Origin: an uncultured delta proteobacterium
GTDB taxonomy: Bacteria; Myxococcota_A; Polyangia; Fen-1088
Reading direction: 5' to 3'
Assembly: GCA_963767925.1 (NCBI GenBank)
Contig: CAVYGB010000002.1
Span: 128,001 to 192,000 of the forward strand
Length of the DNA: 64,000 nt
Shown: in pieces, positions 41,086 to 51,462 of the stretch
How the letters are laid out: every line of letters begins with the position of its first letter
How positions within the stretch are numbered: the stretch's first letter is position 1
Program-made: the position numbers and the translations under genes
Notes under the pieces: model-generated
Database searches by the model: none
Seen by the model: only the letters and a program-made list of their open reading frames with translations
Told to the model about the DNA's origin: nothing

Positions 41086-41613
41086 ATGTCGCGGTTCGTG
41101 CTCGATGCGATGGTCTGGCTCAACTTCGCTCGCGCGGAGTCGGTCGACCTCCTCGGCCGCGGGCTCTCGGGTCGGCTGATCGTCGGCATGATCGTCCGGC
41201 AGCGCGAGGTCAAGACCTGGCCCCGCGACACCACCCGCGCGGGCCAACCCTTCTCTTTCGACAAGCTCATCGCGCAGCGCCGGGTCGAGTGCGTGGAGAT
41301 GACCTCGGAGGAGCTGGGCCGCTTCCACCAGGTGAAGTCGGAGCGCGGCGTGCAGCGGCTCGGTGCCGGTGAAACCGAAGCGTTCATCCTGGCGACCAGC
41401 CGGGGGTGGACCCTGTCGTGCCGATGCGCCACTTCCTCGGCGAAGCGACGCCTCGAGATCCTGTCCTGGATCTTTGCGAGCACCGGGGCCGACGGGAAAA
41501 CTGGCACGCCAGGAAGCTTACCACCGCGGCCATCTCGCCTGCTGTCCCGCAGGCGAGTCACATCCCCTGTGCCGTCAAGGAGGGCGGGAGCAATGGGGCA
41601 TGTGCTGCGCTGA
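41086..41613 (+). pseudogene. PIN-domain nuclease (DUF3368/VapC-like), probably truncated near 41415
   Basis: FVLDA N-terminus and LGAGETEAFILA..RGW; the expected TDD motif is missing and the sequence then degenerates. Confidence 0.65.
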
Positions 41614-41646
41614 GCTATCGCCCGCGAACACCCTGCCCGACGTCAG

Positions 41647-43149
41647 TCACCTGCGGATTGAAGCGGGGCCCAACGTCACCGTGAAGGTCGTGCCGGTGTC
41701 GGTGGAGCTTTCTACGGCGACGGTGCCGCCGTGGGCTTCGGCGACGCCGCGGACGAGGGTGAGGCCGAGGCCCCAGCCGAGGGTGCCGGCGCGGCTCTGC
41801 GGGAGGGCGCGGTGGTAGGGCTGGAAGATCTTGGCCTGCTCCTCCGCCGGGATGGGGTGGCCGTGGTTGTGGACGACCAGGACGACTCCACCCGCCTGCT
41901 CGCGCAGGTGGATGCGCACGGGGGTGTGGGGGTTGCCGTATTTGATGGCGTTGCCGATCAGGTTCTCGAGGGTGCGGCGGATGGACCCCTCGTCGCAGAT
42001 CGCGGGCAGCGCGGCGGGGGCCTCGAGGGCGAAGCGGTCGCCGAAGATGGTGGCCTGGTCCTCGACCACGTCGCGCAGGAGGCGGCCGAGGTCGCAGGGG
42101 CCCCGCAGGATGGTCATCGGCTCGCCGGCGCTGATGCGGCTGGCGTCGAGCAGGTTCTGGATGAGCTGGTCGGCGTGGCCGAGGCTGCGGATGATGCGGG
42201 CGGCCTGGGTCCGGGACACCTCGGGCTGGTCGCTGCGCTTGAAGATCACCTGGGCGCTCATGTTGGCGGCGTGCAGGGGCGAGCGCAGATCGTGGGACAG
42301 GGCAGCGACGAAGCGCTCGCGCAGCACCCGCTCGAGCTGGAGATCGTCGATGGCCCGGCGCTGATCCTCGATGTCGGTGGCGGCGCCAACCCGGCAGACC
42401 ACCTGCCCGTCCCCGTCGCGGATGGGCAGCGAGCGGGACAGGTGCCAGCGGTAAGCGCCGTCGCGGCCCCGCAGGCGGTAGGTGATGTCCACCTCCAGGC
42501 CGCGGGCGCGGCGATCGCGCAGCAGGGGGCCCAGCCGGGCGGCGTCCTCGGGGTGGACCAGCTCGAGGACGTCGGTCAGCGCGGGCGGCTGCTGGCCAGT
42601 GTATTCGTACCAGTGGCGGTTGTAATAGAGCGAGCGGCCCTCGGCGTCGCCCATCCAGATGATGAGGGGCAGGCCGTCGGCCAGCACGCCGAAGCGGGCC
42701 TCGGCGGCCTGGCGGGCCTGCTCCATCGACCGGATCTCGGTCACGTCCTCCAGGAACGAGACGTGCAGCCCGGGGTGATCGGGCGCGAAGTCGGCCAGGG
42801 CCTGGTAGCGCAGGACGCGCTGGCTGCCGTCGGGCCGCACCAGGGGGAACTCGCCCGACTGGCCCTTGTGCCGGCGAAAGTCGTCCCAGCGGTGGCGCAG
42901 GGGGAAGGCGCGGGCCGGGTCGAGGAAGTCCTCCACCCGCATGCCGACGATCTGCTCACGGGGGTAGCCGAAGATCCGGCAGGCCATCGGGTTGGCGTCG
43001 ATGTAGCGGCCCTGGTCGTCGGTGACGAGGATGGCGACCGGGCAGGCCTCGACGATGCGACGGAACAGCTCGCCGTCGGGCGTCTGCGGTTCCGCGTCGC
43101 GCGGGGCAGAGGAGCGGGCCTGCGGTCGAAGCTCTTCCAATGCGCACAT
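41647..43149 (-). CDS. PAS-PAS sensor histidine kinase
   Basis: VHPED, DGAYRWHL, SHDLRSPL, NAIKYG, GWGLGL. Confidence 0.93.
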   Translation of the reverse strand: MCALEELRPQARSSAPRDAEPQTPDGELFRRIVEACPVAILVTDDQGRYIDANPMACRIFGYPREQIVGMRVEDFLDPARAFPLRHRWDDFRRHKGQSGEFPLVRPDGSQRVLRYQALADFAPDHPGLHVSFLEDVTEIRSMEQARQAAEARFGVLADGLPLIIWMGDAEGRSLYYNRHWYEYTGQQPPALTDVLELVHPEDAARLGPLLRDRRARGLEVDITYRLRGRDGAYRWHLSRSLPIRDGDGQVVCRVGAATDIEDQRRAIDDLQLERVLRERFVAALSHDLRSPLHAANMSAQVIFKRSDQPEVSRTQAARIIRSLGHADQLIQNLLDASRISAGEPMTILRGPCDLGRLLRDVVEDQATIFGDRFALEAPAALPAICDEGSIRRTLENLIGNAIKYGNPHTPVRIHLREQAGGVVLVVHNHGHPIPAEEQAKIFQPYHRALPQSRAGTLGWGLGLTLVRGVAEAHGGTVAVESSTDTGTTFTVTLGPASIRR

Positions 43150-43226
43150 GGGATGCGCCGGCCAGACACGATGTTACGGCCCCCCGGTGTCGGAGTTCGA
43201 CTCCAGGTAATCGCCCCGAGGGTGGC

Positions 43227-43796
43227 TCAGGGCCGGCCGGCGACCTCGCCGTTCACGGCGGCGCCCGGGCGAGCGGCCCAGGTCCAGTAGAAGTTCAGCA
43301 GGTAGTTCCACACCATCGCCGCGCCGATCCCGAGGAGCTGGGACAGGTAGACCAGGTTGCCGACGTCGGGGGGCTCGACGAAGGGGTGATAGATCCAGCG
43401 GTCGGCGAAGTTCCCCGCCCCGGCGCCGTAGGCCTGCAGCGCGGCCGAGCCCCCGAGCACGTACAGCCAGGCGACGTTGAGGGCCACGAACACGACGAAC
43501 TGGATCAGGCCCCCGCCGAGGCTGACCAGGTGAAACCGCAGGCCGTGGGCCAGCAAGGACTGGCCTCCGTTGCGCCGATCACCGAAGGTCCACAGATGGT
43601 TGATGGTGAAGTTCGAGAGGATGGAGACTTCGATGGCGAGGGCGGAGGCCAGGTTGACGTGCACCCGCAGGGCACGGAACAGCGCGAAGCTGGCCAGGTT
43701 GACCAGCACCCCGCTCATCCCCACCGCGGCGAACTTGACGAAGCGGGCCGAGAGGAACGGCTTGATGAGGCGGGAAGAGCGCCGAGGGAATTGCAA
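43227..43796 (-). CDS. GtrA-like membrane protein
   Basis: RFVKFAAVG, SNFTINHLWTF, WNYLLNFYWTW; start uncertain. Confidence 0.85.
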   Translation of the reverse strand: MQFPRRSSRLIKPFLSARFVKFAAVGMSGVLVNLASFALFRALRVHVNLASALAIEVSILSNFTINHLWTFGDRRNGGQSLLAHGLRFHLVSLGGGLIQFVVFVALNVAWLYVLGGSAALQAYGAGAGNFADRWIYHPFVEPPDVGNLVYLSQLLGIGAAMVWNYLLNFYWTWAARPGAAVNGEVAGRP

Positions 43797-43951
43797 GCGC
43801 GCGGACCTTACCCAATCCCGCCACGCCAGACCAGCTCGACGCGCTCGACCGCCGCGTCTCAACCCGGCGCGGCGGATCGGGGCCCAAACCAGGCGGGGCC
43901 GTTACCTTGTCCGCCTCCCGGGCAAGACCCAGCTTGCGGGTCGATCCGGAC

Positions 43952-46813
43952 ATGAAAATTCCTTCGGCCACCTACCGCCTGCAGCTGCAGCAGCAGTTCA
44001 CCTTCGCCGACGCGACCGAGCTGGTGCCCTACCTCGATCGCCTGGGGGTGAGCGACCTCTATCTGTCGCCGGTGTCGACCGCCCGACCGGGCAGCGTGCA
44101 CGGCTACGACGTCATCGACCACGACCAGCTCAACCCCGAGCTTGGCGGGGCCGAGCAGTTCCAGCGCCTGGCCACCGTGCTGCGCAAACATGGCCTGGGG
44201 GTGTTGCTCGACGTGGTGCCCAACCACATGTGCGTGGCCGGCCACTTCAACGCCCGCTGGATCGACGTGCTGGAGAACGGCCCCGCCAGTGTCTCGGCGC
44301 GCTTCTTCGACATCGACTGGCGCCCCCCCAAGCCCGAGCTGCTGGGAAAGGTCCTGCTGCCGGTGCTGGGACAGCAATACGGGCGCATGCTCGAGGACGG
44401 GATCTGCCTCCGCTTCGAAGGCGGGGCCTTCCTCATCAGCTTTTACGAGACCAGCTTGCCGCTGGCCCCCCGCACCTGGTCCCACCTGCTCGAGCCGGCC
44501 CTGGCCGATCTGCGCGACCGCTTCGGCGACGAGGAGCCGCGGGTGCTGGAGCTGGAGAGCATCATCAGGTCGATCGGCCACCTGCCCCCCCGCACCGAGC
44601 CGGCGCCGGCCCGCATCCGCGAGCGCCAGCACGAGCGGGAGATCATCGGCCGCCGCCTGGCCGCCCTGGTCCAGGGCAACGGCACGGTGGCCGAGGCGAT
44701 CGACCGCGCCGTCCAGAGCTTCAACGGGCACAAAGGTGACCCGCGCAGCTTCGACCGGCTGGAGGCCCTGCTGGCCGACCAGGCCTACCGCCTGAGCCAC
44801 TGGCGGGTGGCGGCCGACGAGATCAACTACCGCCGCTTCTTCGACATCAACGATCTCGCCGCCGTGCGGGTGGAGGACCCGGTGGTGTTCGACCTGGTCC
44901 ACCGGCTGCCCCTGGCGCTCGTGCACCAGGGGGTGGTCAGCGGGTTCCGCATCGACCACGTCGACGGCCTGCACGATCCGGAGAAGTACCTGCGCGATCT
45001 GCAGCGTTGCTTCCGGGAGGCGCTCGACCCCCGGCCCGAGGACCAGGGCGACGCCGGCGGCTACGTGGTGGTCGAGAAGATCCTCGAGGGAGACGAGCGG
45101 CTGCCGGCCGAGTGGCCGGTGGCGGGCACCACCGGCTACGAGTTCCTCAACCGACTCTCCGGGGTGCTGGTCGACGGGGCCGGCGTGCGGCGCTTGCGCG
45201 AGAACGCCACCGGGGCCGGCATCTTGCCGGGGCGCTTCTCCGACATCGTCTACGAGTGCAAGAAGCTGGTGCTGGGCTCGGCCATGTCGGCCGAGCTGAC
45301 CGTGCTGGCCCGCCGGCTCGACCGCATCTCCGAGCAGCACCGCTACACCCGCGACTTCACCCGCAACGGCCTGCAGGCGGCGCTGGGCGAGGTGGTGGCC
45401 TGCTTCCCCATCTACCGCACCTACGTCCGCACCGACGACACCACCGTCTGCGACCGCGACCGTCAGGCCATCGAGACGGCGGTGCGCAGCGCCCGCCGCC
45501 GCAACCCGGTCCTCAACGAGTCGCTCTTCGATTTCGTGCGCCAGGTGCTGCTGCTGGAGGTGCCGGGGGGCCTGGGCGAGGCCCAGCAGGCCGAGCGGCG
45601 CGAGTTCGTGCTCCGCTTCCAGCAGATCACCGGGCCGGTGATGGCCAAGGGGCTGGAGGACACCGCCTTTTATCGCTATTTCCCCCTCGCCGCCCTGGCC
45701 GAGGTGGGCGGCGACCCCGACTCGACCGGCATCTCGGTGGCCGAGTTCCACGCCCTCAACCGCGAGCGCTGGCAGAAACATCCCCACGGGCTGTCGGCCA
45801 CCGCCACCCACGACACGAAGCGGGGCGAGGACACGCGGGCCCGCCTGCTGGTGCTGGCCGAGCTCCCCCAGCTCTGGTCGGAGGCGACCGGCCGCTGGGG
45901 CCAGCTCCTGTCCGATCACCGGCGCCACGTCGCCGGGGTGCAGGCCCCCGGCCTGGCCGAGGAACACCTGTTTTACCAGACCCTGCTGGGGGCCTGCCCC
46001 CCGGGCGGGCTCCAGAGCGAGGCGGACTTCGGCGAGCGGGTGAACCGCTACCTCGGCAAGGCCCTGCTGGAGGCCAAGCTCAACACGAGCTGGATCAACC
46101 GGGACGAGGCCTACGAGGCGGCGGTGGCCGAGTTCGTGACAGCGGCGCTCGATCCCGAGCGGAGCCGGGCCTTCGTGGAGGACTTCGCCCGCTTCTTCAC
46201 CCTGGTGGCCCGCCCCGGCTACTACACCTCGCTGTCCCAGACCGTGCTGAAGCTGGCCGCGCCGGGGGTGCCCGATCTGTACCAGGGGACCGAGCTGTGG
46301 GACCTGTCGCTGGTCGATCCCGACAACCGGCGGCCGGTCGACTGGGCCCGGCGCCGGGCCGACCTCGACGCCGTGCTGTCCGAGGGGCAGCGCGACCCGC
46401 GGGACCTGTGCGATCGCCTCTTGCGCGAGCCCGAGGACGGCCGCATCAAGCTGTTCGTGATTGCCCGCGCGCTGCACTTCCGCCGGGCCCAGCGGGGGCT
46501 GTTCGAGCAGGGCGACTACCAGGGGCTCGAGACCCGGGGCGCCCTGGCCGAGCACCTGGTCGCGTTCTCGCGAACGGCGGGCGGGCGGTCGACCCTGGCG
46601 GTGGTGGGGCGGCACTTCGCCCGCCTGTGTGAGGGCGGCGCGGTACCGGTGGGCGCGGCCTGGCAGGACACGGCCGTCGCCGTGTCGGAGGCGCTGGCCA
46701 CCCGCCGCTACCGGGATGTGTTCAGCGGGCTCACCGTGGTCCCGCGCGCTGGCGCCTTGCCGGTGGCGGAGGTGCTCGCCCACTTGCCGGTTGCGCTGCT
46801 GGAGGCGGTCTAG
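43952..46813 (+). CDS. treY: malto-oligosyltrehalose synthase
   Basis: PSATYRLQ, GSVHGYDV, DVVPNHM, INYRRFFDIN, RIDHVDGL, ATHDTKRGED, SLVDPDNRRPVD. Confidence 0.96.
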   Translation: MKIPSATYRLQLQQQFTFADATELVPYLDRLGVSDLYLSPVSTARPGSVHGYDVIDHDQLNPELGGAEQFQRLATVLRKHGLGVLLDVVPNHMCVAGHFNARWIDVLENGPASVSARFFDIDWRPPKPELLGKVLLPVLGQQYGRMLEDGICLRFEGGAFLISFYETSLPLAPRTWSHLLEPALADLRDRFGDEEPRVLELESIIRSIGHLPPRTEPAPARIRERQHEREIIGRRLAALVQGNGTVAEAIDRAVQSFNGHKGDPRSFDRLEALLADQAYRLSHWRVAADEINYRRFFDINDLAAVRVEDPVVFDLVHRLPLALVHQGVVSGFRIDHVDGLHDPEKYLRDLQRCFREALDPRPEDQGDAGGYVVVEKILEGDERLPAEWPVAGTTGYEFLNRLSGVLVDGAGVRRLRENATGAGILPGRFSDIVYECKKLVLGSAMSAELTVLARRLDRISEQHRYTRDFTRNGLQAALGEVVACFPIYRTYVRTDDTTVCDRDRQAIETAVRSARRRNPVLNESLFDFVRQVLLLEVPGGLGEAQQAERREFVLRFQQITGPVMAKGLEDTAFYRYFPLAALAEVGGDPDSTGISVAEFHALNRERWQKHPHGLSATATHDTKRGEDTRARLLVLAELPQLWSEATGRWGQLLSDHRRHVAGVQAPGLAEEHLFYQTLLGACPPGGLQSEADFGERVNRYLGKALLEAKLNTSWINRDEAYEAAVAEFVTAALDPERSRAFVEDFARFFTLVARPGYYTSLSQTVLKLAAPGVPDLYQGTELWDLSLVDPDNRRPVDWARRRADLDAVLSEGQRDPRDLCDRLLREPEDGRIKLFVIARALHFRRAQRGLFEQGDYQGLETRGALAEHLVAFSRTAGGRSTLAVVGRHFARLCEGGAVPVGAAWQDTAVAVSEALATRRYRDVFSGLTVVPRAGALPVAEVLAHLPVALLEAV

Positions 46814-46815
46814 TG

Positions 46816-48753
46816 ATGTTCGAAACCGAGACGCGACGTGAGTCCGCCAACCCGTTGCCGGCGGCGGCCCGCCGCCGGCGCCTGCCGGTCGGCGCCGAGG
46901 TGCAGCCGGGCGGCGGCGTGCACTTCCGGCTGTGGGCGCCGCAGCGGCGGCGGGTCGACCTGGTGGTTGTCGCCGCCAAGGGCGAGCCGCCCCCCACCAC
47001 CGAGCTGCGCCTCGATCGCGACGGCGACGGCTACTGGGTCGGGCTGCTCGATCGGGTCGGCGCCGGCACCCGCTACGCCTACCGGCTCGACGGGGAGGAC
47101 AAGCTCTACCCCGACCCCGCCTCGCGCTACCAGCCGGAGGGGCCCCACGGTCCGTCGGAGGTGGTCGATCCCGGGACGTTCGCCTGGACCGACGCGACCT
47201 GGAGCGGGCTGACCCTGGCCGGGCAGGTCGTGTACGAGCTGCACATCGGCACCTTCACCCCCGAGGGGAGCTGGGCGGCGGCGGCGGCCCGCCTGCCCCA
47301 CCTGCAGGAGCTGGGGATCACGGCGATCGAGGTGATGCCGGTGGCGGAGTTCCCCGGCGCCTTCGGCTGGGGCTACGACGGCGTCGAGCTCTACGCCCCC
47401 TACCGGGGCTACGGGCGGCCCGACGACTTCCGCCGGTTCGTCGACCAGGCCCACCGGCTGGGCCTGGGGGTGGTGCTCGACGTGGTCTACAACCACTTCG
47501 GCCCCGACGGGAACTACCTGTCCTGCTTCTGGCCCGGCTACTTCAGCGACAAGAGCACCGAGTGGGGCCAGGCCATCGACTACTCCGCCCCCGCCACCCG
47601 CGAGCTGGTGGCCCACAACGCCGCCTACTGGATCGACGAGTACCACCTGGACGGCCTGCGCCTCGACGCCACCCAGAGCATCTTCGACGACCCGGCCAAC
47701 CACATCGTGGCCGAGCTGACCCGCAAGGCCCGGGCCGCGGCGGGCAAGCGGACCATCGTCGTGTTCGCGGAGAACGAGCCGCAAGAGACCGGGCTGGTGC
47801 GGCCGCCCGAGGTGGGCGGCTACGGCCTCGACAGCCTGTGGAACGACGACTTTCACCACAGCGCCCGGGTGGCCCTCACCGGGCACACCGAGGCCTACTA
47901 CGCCGACTACCTGGGCTCGCCCCAGGAGCTCATCTCCGCCGCCAAATACGGCTACCTGTTCCAGGGCCAGTGGTACGTCTGGCAGAAACAGCGCCGGGGC
48001 CAGTCGGCCCGGGGGATCCCGCCGCGGGCCTTCGCCGCCTACCTCGAGAACCACGACCAGGTGGCCAACACCTGTCAGGGCGCCCGGCTGTGGCGGGCCA
48101 GCGCGCCCGGCCGCTTCCGGGCCATGACCGGGCTGCTGCTCCTGGGTCCCTGGACGCCGCTGCTGTTCCAGGGGCAGGAGTGGAACGCCTCGCCGCCGTT
48201 CCTGTTCTTCGCCGACCACCACGAGGAGCTGGCCGGCCTGGTGCAGAAGGGGCGGGTCGAGTTCCTGGCCCAGTTCCCGAGCTGCGCCACGCCCGAGATG
48301 CGCGACAACCTCGCCGCCCCCCACGCCCGGGCCACCTTCGAGCGCTGCATCCTCGACTGGAGCGAGCCCGGCCAGGGGGCCCACGCCCAGATGCTGGCCC
48401 TGCACCGCGATCTGCTGGCCCTGCGCCGCGCGGATCCGGTGATCCGGACCCAGGCCACCGCCGGGGTGACCCTCGACGGCGCCGTGCTGGGACCGGACGC
48501 CTTCCTGCTGCGCTACCTGGCGGTCGACGAGGCCGACGACCGCCTGCTGCTGGTCAACCTGGGGCGCGACCTGCCGCTGCGCCCCGCCTCCGAGCCGCTG
48601 CTGGCGCCCCCCGCGGGGGCCCGCTGGAAGGTGGCCTGGTCGAGCGAGGACCCGCGCTATGGCGGCGAGGGCACCGCCGGCTTCGAGAGCGAGACCGACG
48701 TGCCCCGGCTGCCGGGCCAGGCGGCGCTGCTGCTGACCGCGACGAGGGGGTGA
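46816..48753 (+). CDS. treZ: malto-oligosyltrehalose trehalohydrolase
   Basis: DPASRYQPEG, YELHIGTFT, WGYDGV, DVVYNHFGP, NHDQVAN. Confidence 0.95.
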   Translation: MFETETRRESANPLPAAARRRRLPVGAEVQPGGGVHFRLWAPQRRRVDLVVVAAKGEPPPTTELRLDRDGDGYWVGLLDRVGAGTRYAYRLDGEDKLYPDPASRYQPEGPHGPSEVVDPGTFAWTDATWSGLTLAGQVVYELHIGTFTPEGSWAAAAARLPHLQELGITAIEVMPVAEFPGAFGWGYDGVELYAPYRGYGRPDDFRRFVDQAHRLGLGVVLDVVYNHFGPDGNYLSCFWPGYFSDKSTEWGQAIDYSAPATRELVAHNAAYWIDEYHLDGLRLDATQSIFDDPANHIVAELTRKARAAAGKRTIVVFAENEPQETGLVRPPEVGGYGLDSLWNDDFHHSARVALTGHTEAYYADYLGSPQELISAAKYGYLFQGQWYVWQKQRRGQSARGIPPRAFAAYLENHDQVANTCQGARLWRASAPGRFRAMTGLLLLGPWTPLLFQGQEWNASPPFLFFADHHEELAGLVQKGRVEFLAQFPSCATPEMRDNLAAPHARATFERCILDWSEPGQGAHAQMLALHRDLLALRRADPVIRTQATAGVTLDGAVLGPDAFLLRYLAVDEADDRLLLVNLGRDLPLRPASEPLLAPPAGARWKVAWSSEDPRYGGEGTAGFESETDVPRLPGQAALLLTATRG

Positions 48754-48757
48754 GGCC

Positions 48758-50812
48758 ATGACGACCCGGGTGGGGTGGAGACGCGGGGAGGCGGAGGACG
48801 CGCTCATCAGCCGCGAGTGGCTGGTGACCAACGGCCTGGGCGGCTACGCCTCGGGCACCATCGCCGGAGTGGCCACCCGCCGCTACCACGGCCTGCTGGT
48901 GGCGGCCCTGCCCAACCCCCTGGGCCGCTCGATGATGTTCAACCACCTGTCCGAGCAGGTGCGCCTGCCCGACGGCCACGTGCACCGCCTCGGCTCGGCC
49001 GAGCTGGCCGGGGCCCTCGAGATCGGCGCCGCCCAGCACCTGACCGAGTTCCGGCTGGAGCTGGGGCTGCCGGTCTGGACCTTCACCTTCGACGGCTACG
49101 TCATGGAGAAGCGGGTGGCCCTCTCTTACCTGCAGAACACGGTCTACGTCAGCTACCGCCTGCTCGAGGGCAAGACGCCGCTGCGCCTGTCGTTGCGCCC
49201 CTCGGTGCAGTTCCGGCCCCACGACGCCCCGGTCAGCCGCGACCTGGGGGGGCCGTATACGCTGAAGCTGCAGGGCGACCGCTTCGAGATCTCCGACGAC
49301 GACGGGCCGTTTCCCCCGCTGCGGGTGCGGGTGTTCGGGCAAGACGCCCGCTTCGTCTTCCAGCACGATCGCCAGGACGCGGTGACCTACCGGGTGGAGG
49401 CCGACCGGGGTTACGAGGCCCGGGGCAACCTGTGGAGCCACGGCTACTTCAAGATACAGGTGGGGCACGACGAGCCCGCCACCTTGCTCGCCTCGACCGA
49501 GACCTGGGAGACCATCGTGGCCCTCGAGCCCCGGCAGGCCCAGCGCTACGAGCTCGCTCGCCGCACCCGCCTGCTCCGCCTGGCCGAGCTGCCGCCCGGC
49601 GAGACCAGCGCCGCCGAGCTGGTGCTGGCCGCCGACCAGTTCCTCATCGCCCCCGCCGGGCGCATCGACGACGCCACCCGGGCCCGGGCTCAGGGCGAGG
49701 AGCTGCGCACGGTGATCGCCGGCTACCACTGGTTCACCGACTGGGGGCGCGACACCATGATCAGCCTCGAGGGGCTGACGCTGTCCACCGGGCGGGCCCA
49801 GGAGGCGCGCTTCATCCTCAACAGCTTCTCCCACTACGTGCGCGACGGGCTGATCCCCAACATGTTCCCCGAGGGCGCGCAGGAGGGCCTCTACCACACC
49901 GCCGACGCTACCCTCTGGTTCTTCCACGCCCTCGACCGCTACCTGTCTTACACCGGCGACCGGGGGACCCTTCGCCAGATCCTGCCCCGGCTCGAGGAGA
50001 TCGTGGCCGCCCACCGGGGCGGCACCCGCTTCGGCATCCGGGTCGATCCCGCCGACGGGCTGCTCATGCAGGGGCACGAGAGCCTGCCCCTCACCTGGAT
50101 GGACGCCAAGTGCGACGGCTGGGTGGTCACCCCCCGGCGGGGCAAGCCGGTCGAGATCAACGCCCTCTGGTACAACGCCCTCCGGTTGATGGAGCGCTGG
50201 ACCGCCGAGGAGCGCGGGACCGAGGCGGCGACCGAATACCGGGCCGCCGCCGATCGGCTGGCCACCTCCTTCAACGCCCGCTTCTGGTACGCCGAGGGCA
50301 AACACCTCTACGACGTCCTCGACGGCGAGGCGGGCGCGGTCGATCCCGCCTTCCGCCCCAACCAGCTCCTCGCCGTCTCCCTGCCCAACCCGGTGCTGGC
50401 CCGCGACCGCTGGCTCCCGGTCGTCGACGCGGTCCGCGAGCGGCTGCTGACCCCCGTCGGCCTGCGCTCGCTGTCGCCCGACCACCCCGACTACAAGCCC
50501 ACCTACCACGGCGACCTGCGCACCCGCGACGCCGCCTACCACCAGGGCACCGCCTGGAGCTGGCTGATCGGCCCCTTCATCGACGCCTGGCTGAAGGTCC
50601 ACCCCGAGCGGCGGAGCGAGGCGCGTCAGCTCCTCGCCGGGCTGGAGGCGCACCTGGGGGAGGCCTGCATCGGCTCGGTGAGCGAGGTGTTCGACGCCGA
50701 AGCCACCTTCACGCCCCGCGGCTGCATCGCCCAGGCCTGGGCGGTGGCGGAGATGCTGCGCGTCTTGCTCCTCCTGCGCCCGCCGGGCAGCGCGGGCGAC
50801 GACAGCATTTGA
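48758..50812 (+). CDS. amylo-alpha-1,6-glucosidase (glycogen debranching enzyme)
   Basis: EWLVTNGLGGYAS, AGYHWFTDWGRDTMI, LTWMDAK, AYHQGT, AQAW. Confidence 0.95.
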   Translation: MTTRVGWRRGEAEDALISREWLVTNGLGGYASGTIAGVATRRYHGLLVAALPNPLGRSMMFNHLSEQVRLPDGHVHRLGSAELAGALEIGAAQHLTEFRLELGLPVWTFTFDGYVMEKRVALSYLQNTVYVSYRLLEGKTPLRLSLRPSVQFRPHDAPVSRDLGGPYTLKLQGDRFEISDDDGPFPPLRVRVFGQDARFVFQHDRQDAVTYRVEADRGYEARGNLWSHGYFKIQVGHDEPATLLASTETWETIVALEPRQAQRYELARRTRLLRLAELPPGETSAAELVLAADQFLIAPAGRIDDATRARAQGEELRTVIAGYHWFTDWGRDTMISLEGLTLSTGRAQEARFILNSFSHYVRDGLIPNMFPEGAQEGLYHTADATLWFFHALDRYLSYTGDRGTLRQILPRLEEIVAAHRGGTRFGIRVDPADGLLMQGHESLPLTWMDAKCDGWVVTPRRGKPVEINALWYNALRLMERWTAEERGTEAATEYRAAADRLATSFNARFWYAEGKHLYDVLDGEAGAVDPAFRPNQLLAVSLPNPVLARDRWLPVVDAVRERLLTPVGLRSLSPDHPDYKPTYHGDLRTRDAAYHQGTAWSWLIGPFIDAWLKVHPERRSEARQLLAGLEAHLGEACIGSVSEVFDAEATFTPRGCIAQAWAVAEMLRVLLLLRPPGSAGDDSI

Positions 50813-50923
50813 TCGTCGCCCGTGTCACGATCCAGTAACCGTGGTGAACGCCTGGTAACCAATCTCTCCGTGAGCCTCGGCAAAGACCCAGGCGTTCCGC
50901 GGGTCATGGCTTCCCCCCGGTTC

Positions 50924-50938
50924 AGGCACGAGGCTTGA
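50924..50938 (+). promoter_or_regulatory. sigma54-like promoter upstream of the small-protein operon
   Basis: AGGCACG-AGGC-TTGA vs TGGCACG-N4-TTGC. Confidence 0.45.
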
Positions 50939-50983
50939 ACCTACACACACGCGGACAACTCCCCCACGACGAGGTCGATCCCC

Positions 50984-51187
50984 ATGAGCACCGCTCGCAG
51001 CGAAACCCTCTCTCAGCTAGCCCGTCAGGCCGAGCCCCTGACCCGGCTGGCGTCCAGCGACACGGTCCTGCGGGTCCGGGATGGGATCACCAGCCTGGTG
51101 AAGCAATATCCCGCCTCGACGGTGCTGGGCGCCTTCGCCGTCGGCTTCGCTCTGGCGCGCCTCTTCCGCAGCCTGGGCGAGGATTGA
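50984..51187 (+). CDS. small tail-anchored protein (YqjD/ElaB-like C-terminus)
   Basis: VKQYP...LGAFAVGFALARLF; GAGG RBS. Confidence 0.7.
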   Translation: MSTARSETLSQLARQAEPLTRLASSDTVLRVRDGITSLVKQYPASTVLGAFAVGFALARLFRSLGED

Positions 51188-51189
51188 CC

Positions 51190-51462
51190 GTGGCAGCCAA
51201 GGGGACGGTCTCCCGAGTGATTGCCCGCTTCCGGGAGAAGGCCCGCAGCCGCCCGCTGCTGTTCTTCGGAGCGGCGCTGGGGGCGGGTCTCGCCGCCGGC
51301 GGCGCGCTCGCGCCCCGGGTGCTGGGGCGGATCTTGACGGTCGGCGGAGGCCTCGCCTGGAAGTTCGTGGCGCTGCCGATGATCAAGGAGAAGGTTCTGA
51401 CTGCTGTCGAGGGTTCCCAGGTTTCCAATGAGGAGGAGCAACATGAAGCTGAGCGATATTGA
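51190..51462 (+). CDS. small membrane protein
   Basis: RPLLFFGAALGAGLAAGG hydrophobic helix; operon context. Confidence 0.6.
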   Translation: MAAKGTVSRVIARFREKARSRPLLFFGAALGAGLAAGGALAPRVLGRILTVGGGLAWKFVALPMIKEKVLTAVEGSQVSNEEEQHEAERY

